A DNA stretch of 64,000 nucleotides from Octopus vulgaris (Eukaryota). The notes under the pieces are model-generated. The model saw only the letters and a program-made list of their open reading frames with translations, did no database searches and was not told where the DNA came from. Made by a program: the position numbers and the translations under genes. Numbering within the stretch: position 1 is the stretch's first letter; each line of letters begins with the position of its first letter. Shown here one piece after another: positions 1 to 14,622 of the stretch. The DNA is taken from positions 124,620,001 through 124,684,000 of the forward strand of contig OX597816.1 in the NCBI GenBank assembly GCA_951406725.2, given 5' to 3'.

Positions 1-804
1 AAAGAAAATGTTAATATTTCAGACAGACACTATAGTGTAAAAAGTTGACCGATGAAGTAGAGCAGAAAATTAAATATACTAGAGTTTAATTTCCTCTTTC
101 CCAGCTCTTAATTCAATTTTTTGTTGCATTATTTTTCCCTTCAAAAAGTACAATAGAAATCTGTATTAAATTAAAATCTAGGTTATCGACTACAGCTTTT
201 TAAAAACTGAAATTATCAAAACAAAGAAGGAAACGAAAAAGAAATCGAGAAACAATATTTCAAACTACCTTAGTACGAGAAGCAAATTATACATTTACTA
301 TCAGTACCCATGGACATTTAACGGTTTCTTTGAAAACTATAAAGTGTCTCAAGGTTTATAGGTATGAAATGCACTTCTTTTGAGATTGTATTTAGTTTGA
401 AACATTTGACTTTTGCAATGGTGTACAGTCCACATAGCCAGAAATGAAGATTATGTCTTCGGAGAGACCTGTTTGAAAATTATATTTTTGTAATAGTTTT
501 GCACATCCCTTTTTTTCCTTGTAAGTTGCTATGCATTACTTTTATCATTGCATCAAAATATTAACTCTAGAATGACTTCCATAAAATAGCTGATAAGATA
601 ATACTACTGTATTTCTCTTTGCTGTATTCCTATGACTGTCAAATTGAAATTTTTGAAAGTTCGTTTAAATAATAATAATAGATATTGCAAATACTTAACT
701 CCGGGAGCAAAATTGATAACATAATCTAGTATAGTATTCGGTTAAAGTACGATTGCGTTACTAACGCTTTAAGAAATCTTAATACGCTATGTCCATATCA
801 CATA

Positions 805-1021
805 CGAGGGTGTGTTGAAAACTTCTTGACTTTAGATAAAAGAAAATAGAGAAGGATCAGTTAATTATGATTTTATTCATCATATTCTAGTCTCAGATTC
901 ATACACTTATTGCTGTAGTCCTTCAGTTTTGCTAAGCTCTGCAAAAGAAATCGGAAGATTGGGTCTCCAAAGAGGCCTTTCATGATACCCTTAAAGCCGG
1001 GTATATTTCAGCACTCCCTCG
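805..1021. mobile_element. Mariner-derived MITE (~217 bp)
   Basis: Ends TA|CGAGGGTGTGTTGAAA and TTTCAGCACTCCCTCG|TA are imperfect TIRs of the mariner CGAGGG type. TA target duplication at 803-804 and 1022-1023. No coding capacity. Confidence 0.8.
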
Positions 1022-2668
1022 TAAATGTGCATTTGGCTGAACTTGAACACGCAATGCCAATAACTAAAATTGTACCTGTCATACTGAACTTGTTTATTCT
1101 AAAAAAATTGCATAAATGTGCATCATTAAGAAATGCATTTTACTTAAATTTCAAACATATATTTTCCATTCAATTGTCTTACGAGTTATACAAGTAATAT
1201 AACTGTTACGTCTTTAATAAATTGTCTTTGAATTTTTTACATAGTGAATCAATTATTACAGGAATAATATGAATGCAGTGTGCATCATTGAGTATACCTT
1301 TGATTGCAGTCTAATCGGTATGCACGCTGAGTGCCTGGAACAATTATTATAAATAGTAAAAAAGTTGTAGTGCTATTTTCTCCTTCTGGCTTACCGAATA
1401 AAAGCATATGATTTTTCTGGTCAATTATATAAGCATAACTACAAGCAATAGGAGATATCTATGAATGATACAGGAAATTAACAGTTGAATTTCATAGATT
1501 AAATATCGCAGACTTGTTGTATAATAGCTTTGCATTAAAGCTCAAATTACGGAAAAAAATTGCAAACAGAAAACAAATAATTACTATAGACTTCAGGTTC
1601 AAATTCAATGCATTCATATAAATTTCATATTCGTGTAGCCAATATCAGCGGTCTCAGCGTGAAAATTATTAGATTACCAACAATAGCCAGTGCATAGACA
1701 CACACACACACACACAGATATGAATATGTTTGTGTATGTATATCTAAGCATGTGTTTATTGATATGTAGGCACTTATATGTATATATATATTGATAGGGT
1801 GCATTTAGGATCCTACATTTCATGCAGATTATATGCATTAAGCCATTTGAAGGGTTCCTTTCAACTCCGTAAGCGAAGGTAAGTTGTATATTCTTAGAGC
1901 TATAGAATTTACAGCTACATGTAAGCGTCATTACACGAGTTATTCTCTCGATTTTCAAAATCGCTCAGAGTTACAGAAAAGATATTAACTGTTCGTATGT
2001 TCCTGTTGCTCTGCAGGTTGCCATAGAGCTGACTCAGCCAATAAAACAGCGCTCTGGGTAATGTTAACAATTGGTTAAATAATGCGTTTATGATTTTGAA
2101 TCTTGTCAAATTGAGGTAACAACTCGTCAAGTATGATTTGAAAATGCGGTAAACTGATCTGGATCAGTGATTACATAAGTATGAAGAATGTAAATAATAG
2201 AGTTACTAACTACGTGCCATACCGTCAAAAAATTAATCCTTTGTTCAAATAGAATTGGATCACATCTTCACCGAGATTTTCATTTTTTTCTCATTTTCAT
2301 AAAGAAGCTTTTAACAAAAGAAAACTGAGAAACTAATTTTTCCAAACTACTTTATTATATCTGAGAATCTTCTGAGACATAACTGATTCAGTTAACCAGT
2401 TATCAATTCATGTCAACCTTAAAATTGATGTATGTCAGTAAGTACTGGCGTTGATGGTGTAGTGTCATTCCACTTAATATTTCCACTGAATTACTTCCTA
2501 ACGTCATAATGCATTCGACCATTCCCTCTCATTCATTCTCCCATCCACCTACACACATATACGTGCGCGCACATATAAATATATATATATATATATTTTT
2601 TTTATGTATGCATGTATATATGTGTATACACGCATACATACACACGCATACACACACACACACACACA

Positions 2669-2709
<41 letters not shown>

Positions 2710-2999
2710 TATTTTATCCTTGCAAGATATACTTCCATTACGGTTATGACTATACAAAAGTCCTTAACGCTAATATATATTGAAAGATTAACTACTTATA
2801 TAATAACTATTGGGCAACTATGTATTAACACAAAAAGAATCAATATTACCAGCCTTCAGATTCTTATGCACTTTTGTCACGTTTTTAATAACGATCAAGA
2901 TGTATACATTGCAATGAGAATCATTATAATCCTATGCTACGAAATAATCTTATATAGTTTAGTAATTTAATAAGATAGCGCCGGAGACACACCTTTTCC

Positions 3000-3035
<36 letters not shown>

Positions 3036-3068
3036 ATGTATCTGTATATGTATATGTATGTATGTATA

Positions 3069-3124
<56 letters not shown>

Positions 3125-3189
3125 TATATATATATGTATATATATACATGTATATTACATATATATGTATGTATGTATGTATATATGTA

Positions 3190-3255
<66 letters not shown>

Positions 3256-3260
3256 CATAA

Positions 3261-3322
<62 letters not shown>

Positions 3323-3341
3323 GTATACGTATACATATATA
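3000..3341. repeat. Compound (TA)n/(TG)n/(TATG)n microsatellite
   Basis: Directly visible; source of the YIYI ORFs. Confidence 0.95.
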
Positions 3342-3714
3342 TCGTCAGTTCTCACTTCACGCCGTTGAAAGGATCTTGAGAAGTGCACCTTTTAGGGAAA
3401 TGATAGAAAGCGAAATCAATTTTATCATAGGTTTAATGATATAAATAATAGTTACGTTCCCATCAGTATATTCCCACGGTATAATTCTTGTTTCCAACTC
3501 AGAAAAACATCAACAAACTCTGAAGTCTTCGAGCATTAAACATTGAAATGTGCGTAATGTATATACATTTACGAAAGATGAATACAAATGACTAAGCTAT
3601 TTATTTACTTAAAAGAAATTTCCAAGCATCTTTTTCGCCGATTATTATTTTTCTCTTCGTACAATTTCTTGTGGTATTTGTGCGAACTCATTATTAAACG
3701 ACATGAAATCCGTA

Positions 3715-3905
3715 AGCTGATGAAATTGTTAGCACACCGGTCAAACTAATTAGCAGCTGCTCGTCCGTTTTTACTTTCCGACTCCAAATTCCACCGAGGT
3801 CGACTTTGCATTTCATTGATAACATACGTACCAGTATATTACTGGTACGATGTGATCAACACTTCTCACTTCGCCATAAAATGCTCCTGGCCTTCTTTCA
3901 AAATT
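3715..3905 (+). mobile_element. Degenerate tRNA-derived SINE (Meta-domain-like family)
   Basis: GTTAGCACACCGG...CAAATTCCACCGAGGTCGACTTTGCATTTCAT...GTACCAG matches the better-preserved copy at 13481-13620. Confidence 0.7.
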
Positions 3906-4099
3906 TGAAATCATTTTTTAACCTATTTATTTTTTAACTTCTTTTTCTTGGAGTATCTTTTTATGTAAAAACACCCAACAACTGGAAACACTTCACGTTC
4001 AGCTTAAGCTTTAGAATATTTCATGGTTCCACATCCAAATATTTATCAGCTTCTTCATTATGATGTTTTCCTATGTTCATGAGGTTCTCAAATATTTCT

Positions 4100-4800
4100 T
4101 CACCCTGAGATTTAAGTATCTTGATTTATTTCTTTATATCCATCTCAATGTGCCATATCCGTAGTCTCCTCATAAATATTTTGTGTTGAAACTTCACTGG
4201 CCAGGACGTCTGCATTGCAGTTTGGATATGTTCGACACTAAAGAAGATACATTTAGATTGCTTTCATTTGTTGCGATACCTGTGTCAATGTTTCCCTAGG
4301 AAATCAGGCTAAAATTTAATCAATTCAAATTATCTTATACATGTGTCCGCTCACTGCACCTTGACTAGATCTCCGGTTGAAATATCTATATGCCGTTACT
4401 CTCTGCGAGAAAATAAATCCCAATCCCCTAGACGATTCTCCCGTTTTTTCGTAAACATCCGAGCCCTTTCCGATTTAGATCACATACATCATTCTTTATT
4501 CTCACGTAAGCCACATTTCCTGTTTCTCTCTACATCTAGCCTCAAATCTAACCTTTAATAGATTATAACCATCCCTGCGCATCTATCTAGAAGTCATGCG
4601 ACTACAGATTCGTCACAATTGTTTGACACACAGTCACATACAATGCAATATTCTCATTCATTCTGACTCAAAGCCACTTCAACTCAGGAATTCCGCCCGC
4701 CACTTTCATGCCATTTACTGCTAAAAGTTGACATGCTTTACTCCTGGCCTTTCAGAAGCTGCTAGACAGATGAATGAAACACTTCACATGTCTCAGTCAA
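4100..4800 (-). pseudogene. Highly decayed LINE reverse transcriptase C-terminal region (RTE-like)
   Basis: Broken minus-strand translations KCGLRENKE, YRYF and MRRLRIWHIEM resemble xGLKINKxK, FKYLG and RRLRWYGHVxRM in the expected order. Confidence 0.4.
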
Positions 4801-5067
4801 CGAAATACCCAATGGCTCAAGTCCCCCAAATTGTTGACTCTTCATTTGCATTCCTTCTCTCATAATTAATGCAATTATTTCTACTATGAAAATAATCTGT
4901 GGTAGTTTTTCCTCTCTTTTATTTTGGGGTGTTCAAATCTTGTTGATGCTAAATTTGCATTTCATGCCTTCTGGTCTGGTAAAATAGCCATCAGTTAAAT
5001 ACCTAGTCAATTACCAACCCGTTCTCCACAAAAATACTAACGTTGTGAATAATTTGGAAACAGTTCT

Positions 5068-5297
5068 ATATTTAAGAGATGAGGAATTATGTGCATTATT
5101 TACATTATTTACATTCAACGGATGTTTGTCCTCATCTTGCTTGTTGATAACAAAACGCTTCGGCTGATATACCCTCCAGCCTTCTTCAAGTGTCTTTGGT
5201 AAATTTCGAACCTGGGTTCACATTTCTAAGGTAAACGTTGTGTTAAGAACAATCAAGATGAGGACAAATACCCGTTGAATGTAAATAATGTAAATAA
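5068..5297 (-). mobile_element. PLE pseudo-LTR-like repeat with internal inversion and decayed hammerhead
   Basis: Same family as 54839-55032. Arms 5096-5160 and 5233-5297 are inverted. Minus strand reads GACAC-TTGAAGA-A-GGCTG...CAGCC-GAAG-CG-TT. Confidence 0.7.
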
Positions 5298-7557
5298 GTT
5301 GGGAACAGTGCAGCATTCTAACTCACACGGTATCTCTCTGATTTAAACCTTTTAACTTTTATCTATTTTCCCGACGCAGCATCGAAGAAATAATTACACA
5401 GGCTAACCACTTTGATAAGTGTAACCTTGATAGGACTCAGAGGATTGTTCGTATCGAGATAAAATGGCACATTTTTGGCTAGGTTAGTCCCGAGGGACTC
5501 TATGATAGCTGTTTTGAGACATTAACTGAATTATTAATTCCCTTCGAACAGGAAACTGACCATTGACAATGAAAATATTTGCATTAATAAGTTAACAAAG
5601 TTATCATACAGGATAAAAGTCGTTTATTACGAGGCACATGTATTTAAGTGGAATTAAATGTGGAGGTTAGAACACAATTTGTTATATGTAATTTGATGAT
5701 CTAGAATACAGTTAGATTTAGATGAAAATTTTCCTTTTTCGCTATTTATTACACCCACAACCGATTTAAAAACAACGCTGAAATACTGTGCTTAATCATG
5801 TTCTTCTTTAGTTTACCGTATAGTGACGTCGCGTAAATAAGTGTACGTGCTTAGAAATAAAGCAGTTTAAGGTGGTTTATAATTTACTGGAAACATACAA
5901 TAATTTTGGTAGGAGTGAAACTGAGGCGTTTAAAACAAAGCAGTTAATCACTTGTCTTAAAAGTGCTAAATCCTTTATCACCATAATGCAAAGCAACACA
6001 TTAATACATGCAACATGATATGATGATTCTAAATCTGATGCGAGGAGGTATTAGATAGGTGAGAGCATAAAGTTACTAATAGTTCCAGCGTATTCAGCTA
6101 CTAAACGTCCTTTGTAATTATCATTAATGATCATTTCTAATGATAGCGTGAGTTATTTAATTCAATATTGTCGGAGAGCATTTTTTACTTCCGATTGAAT
6201 GAATTGGCACCAGACGGTTCAAATTTTGTAATTAGACGTTTAATATCTGGCGACATAAATGGAAAAGACATTCCAGATTCGAGAACGAACCCCAAAATCT
6301 GATCGGGGGTCACCGAATCCTACTTTAAAAGAGAAATGCTTGTCCAGAAAGGTATACTATGAATAACTACTGCTCAGTAATCAAGCAGTACGAGTATTTG
6401 AAAATATGGACATACTTCTACTTTTAATTTTGTTACTCAGTAATTACTGACTGACATAGATAATTCATCTGTTTTCATACCTTGCATACACGTATAAACT
6501 TTAGCTGGCAACCTTACGTCATGCACAACTAATCAAATCATTCGAAACAATTCGTATCAACGAACCGTTGTAGAGAAGTTGCATGATCAGTCATCTCAAT
6601 GATGCACTTTTGAATGTAAATAGGCAAGTATCACAGAGAGTAGAAACGCTAACTACTTGAAAATCTGCATATCATGAAGCATAAACTTTTTTCCTGAAAG
6701 ATGAAACTGTATTTATGGTGTAAGTAAAATTCCTGCAGAAATAACAGTTTTAACTTTGACGAGTCGCAGCTTCAAGTGAGAAGCCCAGTGAAAAGAGGTC
6801 TGATTTTCTTCAGAATTCTAAATTTATTTTCTAGCAACTTCACTATCTAATCAGAGATCTGCGAATATTTTGTGCCTATTTCGAAAGCATGAATCTGATC
6901 TGTATCGAATTTAATGTTTTATTTTCCCATATTCTGGTTCCACAGCAGTCTAGAACATTTCATTTTGCATTAATCGTGAATATATTCCCCCTCTGCATAT
7001 ATCAGCTCTAATGCTTTCAGGGTTAATGATTATAAGGAATTTATTTAGACTTTTGGTATTCTTCTATGTGCCGTGCTGAATGATGGAGACAAGGAGTTTC
7101 TGTCATGTTGAGCAAGGAAAGGAGAAGAAAGTATTTTGAATCAGTTAAAGCATGATTGGAGGTAGTCTAATGAGATATAATTTAGAAGTTATCTGAGGAA
7201 ACGCAGTTCGTTTAGAGCTACAAATAATATTAGCTTTTCATTTGAATGTCACTACATGCTGTGTAAAATCAAATAGCTATTGCACAAAGCTCCTGGAAGT
7301 TACAAAAGCTACTGGTAGTGCAGCGATATTTTCAGGTTGTCTTCCATGTTGAGAATACTGTATTAGAAATTCCTGTGTGAGAAACAAAACAAAATCAGGT
7401 TTGAATTTACTAAAAGTTCAACTAACGACAATTTACTGAGTGTAGAGATAATACATTACAAGTATGTTTATAGCAGCCGTTGAAGATTGTAATTGAAGCT
7501 TCACGTGCAGATTCAGTAATTCCTATTGGCATATGATTAAATTTATATTAATTACGC

Positions 7558-7642
<85 letters not shown>

Positions 7643-7672
7643 CCTACCTACCTATCTATCTGTCTGTCTGTC
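7558..7672. repeat. (TCTA)n microsatellite
   Basis: Directly visible. Confidence 0.95.
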
Positions 7673-8084
7673 TTTTTGCCGTTCTACCTCCCATACAACT
7701 ACCTAAATATCCATCCATCTCTGTCAATTTATCTGTCAATATGGTCAATTATTTAAGCCTAACTCAACAAGTCATTTAATGTCAATTAGTTTCTATATTG
7801 TCTATGTCATTTTCTTATAACATTCATGTACATCGGTTTCATATTACTACCATAGTAATTTAACACAGACATATACATACCAATATACATACATGCATGC
7901 AAGCATACATACATACATATATATAAACATACATGCACACGCACAAATGTACGTATATATTTGTATATATGATATTTAATTTCATCATATTCTAAGGTCT
8001 CTTATGGTCTTACAGGCTCATTAAACGGGAACTCGTTTTGTTTTTCGCTGCATATATGTAATCAAAAGGAACAGCGCTTTCTTT

Positions 8085-8225
8085 TGAACAGATGCCAATC
8101 TATCGCAAGGTTGGCCTCAAGCCTTCTGGTTGGAGTAGACAGGATGAACGTGACAGGAAGAGTTTCACTCAATAACAATGTCTAGGAATATAAACTACAA
8201 CCAAAATCCTAAGTACTAACCTAAG
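8085..8225 (-). mobile_element. Degenerate SINE fragment related to 56121-56352
   Basis: GAGTAGACAGGATGAACGTGACAGGAAGAGTTTCACTCAA resembles GAGTGGACAGGAGCAACGTGAAATGAAGTGTTTTGCTCAA. Confidence 0.45.
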
Positions 8226-8232
8226 CGTTGCA

Positions 8233-8269
<37 letters not shown>

Positions 8270-8345
8270 CATATACATTTATACATATATATATATATAT
8301 ATATATGTATGTATATGTGTATATATACCTATGTGTATGTATGTT

Positions 8346-8384
<39 letters not shown>

Positions 8385-11300
8385 GTATGTATATGTGCAT
8401 ATTGGTTAAAAAAATATTATTTAAGCAAAATTATTTAAGTCTGCATTTAACCCCATGGGGTTATTTTGGGAAAAAGTAGTATTTTAAAAATTAAATGATA
8501 TAAAATCAATCTTTAACAATACATTAGAATTCGCCTAATTCTTCATCCCTGGGAGAAAATTGAAAGTGACGAATTATGTGAAGTAATGAATCAGCCTCAG
8601 TCGAATTAGACTAATTATACTATATTAATGCTAACTAATCAATTTTACTTATGATTTATTTATCAGATTAATGTGGAAGAATTGTCTAAGCATATGGATA
8701 ATTTGAAACCATTTAATGACCATTATACTGCAATCAATTTTTTTTTTTGTAAAGGGATTTTGAAGTGAAAAAAATCTTTTGCGATATTATTTACAACTTC
8801 ATATTTTATTGTTTGAATTGATACAACTAAATAAAATGACTATTTTAATATCATATTTCAAAAAATATGTTTTAAAAAAGAATTTATTTATAATTATTTT
8901 TGTATTATGTTTTTAAAGATTTACTTGTTTTTTAGAATCTCATAATAAACAAAATAGATAATCTCAAATTTACTTAATATAATGTATCTTAATTTTTAAA
9001 ATGTTATTCTCGGCTGCAATATTTTAAGTACAGTAGAATTTTAATTTTAAGTACTTCTTACTTTCCCTTCGATGCACAAATTAGGAAAATTTTACTGTAG
9101 AAATCTGTAACTTTCCAAGTGCAATAGCTTAAGAATATGAACATGTATGCACCCACATTTCTAATTGTAATCCACTTTTTTTCCAGACAATGCAATAAAA
9201 TTAATTATTATTTTTCGTTAAAAGATATTTAAATTATTTTTCATTGTTGATGTTTGAATTAAAATAAGAATTTTATATTGTGTTCTTTTAATTTTCACAT
9301 AATTTTTCTTAAATTCTAAAAATAAGAAAAAGTTATCTGGACAGGGTTTCGTTGCACTGGCTGATATAACATTAATTTAAAAAATGCAAAAATGGTCAGT
9401 GCATCAATCGCAAGACACGATGATCCACCTGCCCTGTTTTCTGAACAGCATTACTAGAAACTTTCTGGTCTGCCCATTGAAAGAAATAAACAATAATATT
9501 ATTGTATCATCAAATTTTGAGGAATAAAATTTTTTATATGAAGTTTTACGTGTATGTTAAAATACTATATTATGATATTGAATTAATATTAATATTGAAT
9601 TATTATTGAATTAAAGTTTAAAAGCAAACAAAATGCTTATTAAAACTTCAGAAGTTCTTACAATTCGTCGTATGTTTTGCTTTCGCTTGTTTAATAAATA
9701 AAATTCCTCGTCGTATAATGATTTTGCTTTCATTTGTGCTAGACAGCTATCATGTAGAAAATGTGTATATAAGTATATATTCATACGTATATAATATATA
9801 TCTGATAATAAATTCACGGAATTTTTTAAAATTTTCGATATTCTTTCTTTTATTAAATTGCTTTAAACGTTGGTAGCCTTATACATAGCTATTTCATCCT
9901 ATTTTGGAACCTTTATCACTGAATAACTCGAGGCACAAATCAATTAGAATAAATTCAACAAAGTTAATTAAAAAGGAAAGAAGGGTGAAGTTAGTTCAGG
10001 TTAATAATTTTCCGACCGAATGTAACATCCTTTGACAGTTACAGGTTCAAACTAGACTTTATAAAGGCGATTATGCTTTAAGGGGAGTGTCGCCAAGTGA
10101 ACGGATGTGTTGTGTGGCATCTGTTTCGTAGGGTCTCCATAGAAATTGTGTGTAGGAAGGTACCGTTGATAATCTGATTACCTTTTGGTGTAATGGCGGC
10201 AGCAAATCGTGTGTGCTCATTAAAGTAAAGACCCGTGGCTTCTCAGGCTATTGGTTGAAATTAGAAAGTGAGATTCATTTATAGAATATGTGTTAGGATA
10301 TCGATTGATTAAGAGATCGGATCCAATCGGAGTTGAAATGTAGAAGTGCTCTGAGAAGCAGTTCATCTGTTCCATACATAGATCCCTACTGGTAATTAAT
10401 CATGGGCGAATATTCTTAACACAGAACAAAATGTAAATAGAAATGCAGATAAAATTATCTAGTTACCATATACCAAATAGTGAGATATTCATATTCATAT
10501 TTATACTTAAGTGGTGGCAATACATTTCTTTAGAAAAATCAACCTGAATGTATAGAAACATTAAGAAGGGAGGGACTAAGAACTGTCCAAAACGAACAGC
10601 GGGAACCAAGAGGTAAATATTTCAAAAACTGAAATTTAAAAAGCACCTTGGTGCGGTATAAGTGATGATCAACTTTGTCGGTCATAATTCAATGTATTAA
10701 AGCAATAAGAGAATACAAAATATTTCATAATATACACATCCAATATGTATATATACATATATATATATGTGTGTGTGTGTGTGTGCATAAACGAACAAGC
10801 AACATCCGACCCCTGAAACGAGTACGACGTGGTAACATTTTCCATGATATTACTAATTTTAACCTACTCGGCCATCCATAGTTCACCCAAAGAAACATCC
10901 ACAATGCTAACGTAGGTAGAAAAATAAGTAGTGTGTGTATATATATGCATATTTAAACAGTGGTTGCTCTTTCGTCAGCACCACGTTCATACCCATCAGC
11001 TATCTAAGCATTGCTTAAATACTCACTAAGTCTAGAGCTGTAACATTATTGGATAGACCAATTTACATATTAAGGATATTCCCGACAGCTGGTACGTAAA
11101 TATTAATTGCCAACAGATACACAGCATTTCGTTTTCCGAAATATACTACCACTTATAAAGGATTTACAAGTCAATATTGCGTCACACATCGTTGCTGAAC
11201 ACTCTTGTTCTGTACTCTACGTGCAGTAAGCCATCGACTAGCGCAACGAGTCATAGGTGTTAGAAGATATAACCACTCCGAAAGGATTGTTTAGAAAGAG

Positions 11301-11447
11301 TCTGTTTAGGAAGAGCTGCGAACGGAGATGTTCTTATTTTCTCCCTGACAAAATATAGTGAATGGGTTTCTTACGGATTCGATCATGCTTCAAGCATATG
11401 TTTGAACTGGTAGCAAGTTTGTGTGTGTACGTGAATTTATGTTTGTG

Positions 11448-11485
<38 letters not shown>

Positions 11486-11490
11486 CATAT

Positions 11491-11532
<42 letters not shown>

Positions 11533-11864
11533 TACATGTCAAGCATAATTATATATGTACGTTTATTTCACTGAATGTCACTGCGTGTGAGAGTAATGCG
11601 ATGATGTATCGCAAACAACATAAGGAAGAAGCCTCGAAGTCTAGTTATTTGTTAATTAATTTAAATGAAATTAAAAGAAATTAATTTAATTAACTATTGT
11701 TTGATTCTGTCATGCTATTTAATCTACCGACCTACACAACCATTACTTTATTTGCTTTTCTATAATTCTATCAGATACTTTCCTATCTATCGAAACATCG
11801 CTTATTTTACTACCGATCTCTCTCAATCATTCCTTCTAGTATTGACAGTTATCTACCTAGCTAT

Positions 11865-12170
<306 letters not shown>

Positions 12171-12639
12171 CTCATTTCTTGTTCTGTCTATCTGTCGACA
12201 TACCTATTGTCTAGCATGTGTAAATATTGCTGTATTCAATTATTTTGCCATCTATTTTCTATCAGTTTGTCTCACTATCTATTGGCCAAGCTGTTTATCT
12301 ACCTATCTGTCCCTCTCTGTGTAACCATCTCTCCATTTAACTATTTATTCATTTATCTTCCGATTCTTTTATTCCTCTTTACCTGTCCGTCTCTCTATCT
12401 GCATTTCTATCAGCCACTCGAATAACTGTCTAAATATTTATCGATCTCTGTCACTGTACCTCTCGATAAAACCGAACATTAAAGCTTGCGAAAACCACAA
12501 GGCCTCTATTATATATCATATAAATTTATGATCCTGGAAATTTTATTTTCCATATAATACTCTCACATTTTAGTCATATTACAACTGATGCGACAGGCCA
12601 CTCATTCAGCATCTTGAGTAACTGCATTCTACGGCTTTT

Positions 12640-12679
<40 letters not shown>

Positions 12680-12687
12680 CTATATAT

Positions 12688-12837
<150 letters not shown>

Positions 12838-12854
12838 TCTTTCATTCTTTTACA

Positions 12855-12904
12855 CTTTTATTTGTTTCAGTAATTTTGAATGCGGCCATGCTGGAGCTCC
12901 CTTT

Positions 12905-12905
<1 letters not shown>
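12855..12905 (-). mobile_element. 3' tip of OK-type SINE
   Basis: TTTTATTTGTTTCAGTAATTTTGAATGCGGCCATGCTGGAGC matches the ends of the copies at 19517, 20093 and 26100. Confidence 0.7.
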
Positions 12906-12940
<35 letters not shown>

Positions 12941-12941
<1 letters not shown>

Positions 12942-13480
12942 CATTTTATAAAGGGCTTAGTAAAATAACTTTGCCACATACTGAACTCATTAGAAATAGC
13001 AGCCAAAAAAAATTTCTCTAGCCGAATTCTAATACTTAAAGAAAATTTCTCTCAGATAGTGCTTACTCAGAATAGCCCACGAAGGTATGGGGGTAAAAAC
13101 ATTAAAAAATCACAAATGCAAAGGTTATTTGAGAACGTACGTTTCTAGATCAGCCAAATACAATTCGACATTTCTTTCGTCAGCCCAAAATTCCTTAATT
13201 CGGATTTGCAAACACTTAAAGTAGGAGCATACCCTTTTGGCGACTTTTCACCTCAGAAGATCCGTTCAGACTATCAGTGCCAACAAATTCAAAATATGCA
13301 AGCGAAGAATTTCTGCCCTCCCCTTTCCACCCACGTGGTCTAATCTAGCAAACACCATAATTTTATCGGTGAAAACCGAAGCATTAAACAGAGAGAAATG
13401 AATTATAATTTCAACAATTGAGGGTAAAATTAATTAATTATTAATCAATTTCACCAAGTATTCAGTATGTAAAGGGACCA
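12941..13480 (+). repeat. Non-coding ~540-bp interspersed repeat adjoining (TA)n and carrying the unassigned structured motif
   Basis: GGCT...GCC-ACATACTGAA-CTCA-TTAGAAATAG-CAGCC at 12954-13004 and the complementary TTCAGTATGT at 13461-13470. A homologous motif lies at 56926-57054. Confidence 0.5.
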
Positions 13481-13620
13481 TAACTGGTACTTAATTTATC
13501 GACCCCGAAAAGATGAAAGGCAATGTCGACCTCGGCGGAATTTGAACTCAGAACGTAATGGCAGACGAAATACGGCTACGCATTTCGCCGGCGTGCTAAC
13601 GTTTCTGCCAGCTCGCCGCC
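13481..13620 (-). mobile_element. tRNA-derived SINE with Meta-domain-like core, 3'-truncated
   Basis: Minus strand: GGCGGCGAGCTGGCAGAAACGTTAGCACGCC (A box), GAGTTCAAATTCC (B box), then GTCGACATTGCCTTTCATCTTTTCGGGGTCGATAAATTAAGTACCAG. Confidence 0.85.
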
Positions 13621-13629
13621 TTGAAAAGA

Positions 13630-14420
13630 TGCGTGTTTAAAGATGTGTGGTGGCATGATATCAGCCTCACCCAAAGACCATTGCAGTTTTGGCGAACTTG
13701 GTTTTTTCATGACACGTGGAACAACACGTGCATTTTAGGCAAACCACCCGATGTAAAACTTGCCTTCGCCGATCTTTATATCTGAGAAGTACCAGACCAC
13801 TCGGCTCAACAGGATACTTCAGCTTGTCCAGTAGCTACTTTCTTTCTAGCCTCCTAATTTTCTGTTACGCCACTTCTACATGTGGTAGCAAAGTTTCTCA
13901 TGCAGGCCTAGCTTCATGGTAGCTACTCCAACTCCCATCTCTCTCACTAAAGACAAGTTTCCTTTGCTCACATTTTACACCGGCTTGTCCTGCAGCTTTT
14001 GGATGAATTTTGGCGTTGGACGCAGTCAGAACACCTGTTGCGTCCCCTCCTGCTATGCACGGCCTCATAGTCTCCGTTGTAGTTGTCCATCTTACAGCCT
14101 TTAGGTGAGCAGCGGCCATGATGTCGGCATTTTGACACACGGTGCGAATGATTACTATGCAGGTAACTCTTTTCCAATATTCAGATGGTAAAAAACAAAA
14201 AAACTACCCATTGTCAGTTTTATACTGCATGACATGGTTTGTTCAGATATACCACGAAGGATACTGGAGAGCAAACTCAACACCAGATTCTCTACGGTGA
14301 CCATCGCCAGAAGATGGCATATCCATAACTAGTTCATTTATTTGATTCTCACTAGAGAGACGAGTTTCAGAGAGTGAGACTATATCAAGGGAATATTTTC
14401 TAAGCTCACGAAGATCAGAA
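13630..14420 (-). pseudogene. RTE-clade LINE APE endonuclease/linker remnant
   Basis: ELRKYSLDIVSLSETRLSSENQ...RRESGVEFAL matches RTE ELxRYxIDIAALSETR...RRExGVGFAI. A frameshifted HR-WFA*N resembles HQDWFDEN near 13735. Confidence 0.8.
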
Positions 14421-14426
14421 CTTAGC

Positions 14427-14589
14427 TGCAACTCTTGGTGGTCCAAATCGGATATGCAATCTATGTGAGTGTCTTTCCAAAACAATGTCTGGTTTAAAAA
14501 GTCTCATCAGACGCCACGATGAATCTGAATTTTAGATAAAAGAGGTTGTCAGACACTGCTTAAGGAGTAGACAACCATCATGTATGTAC

Positions 14590-14622
<33 letters not shown>

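Noticed and set aside
2509-3444. Long ORFs rich in YI/CV/HT or LSIY repeats, here and throughout the window
   Set aside because: They are translations of stop-free microsatellites, not genes.
6900-7400. Possible CR1-like remnant (TKATGS); similarly RRRATKI near 41000 and an RTE-like stretch at 39755-39940
   Set aside because: Single short motifs only, too weak to call by eye.
8447-8465. TTAACCCC as a piggyBac terminus
   Set aside because: No matching opposite end or transposase found.
12990-13001. TAGAAATAGCA, identical to part of the engineered SpCas9 sgRNA scaffold
   Set aside because: Only an 11-nt match to a GAAA-capped stem. There is no GTTTTAGAGC or AAGTTAAAATAAGG context and no CRISPR array or cas gene.
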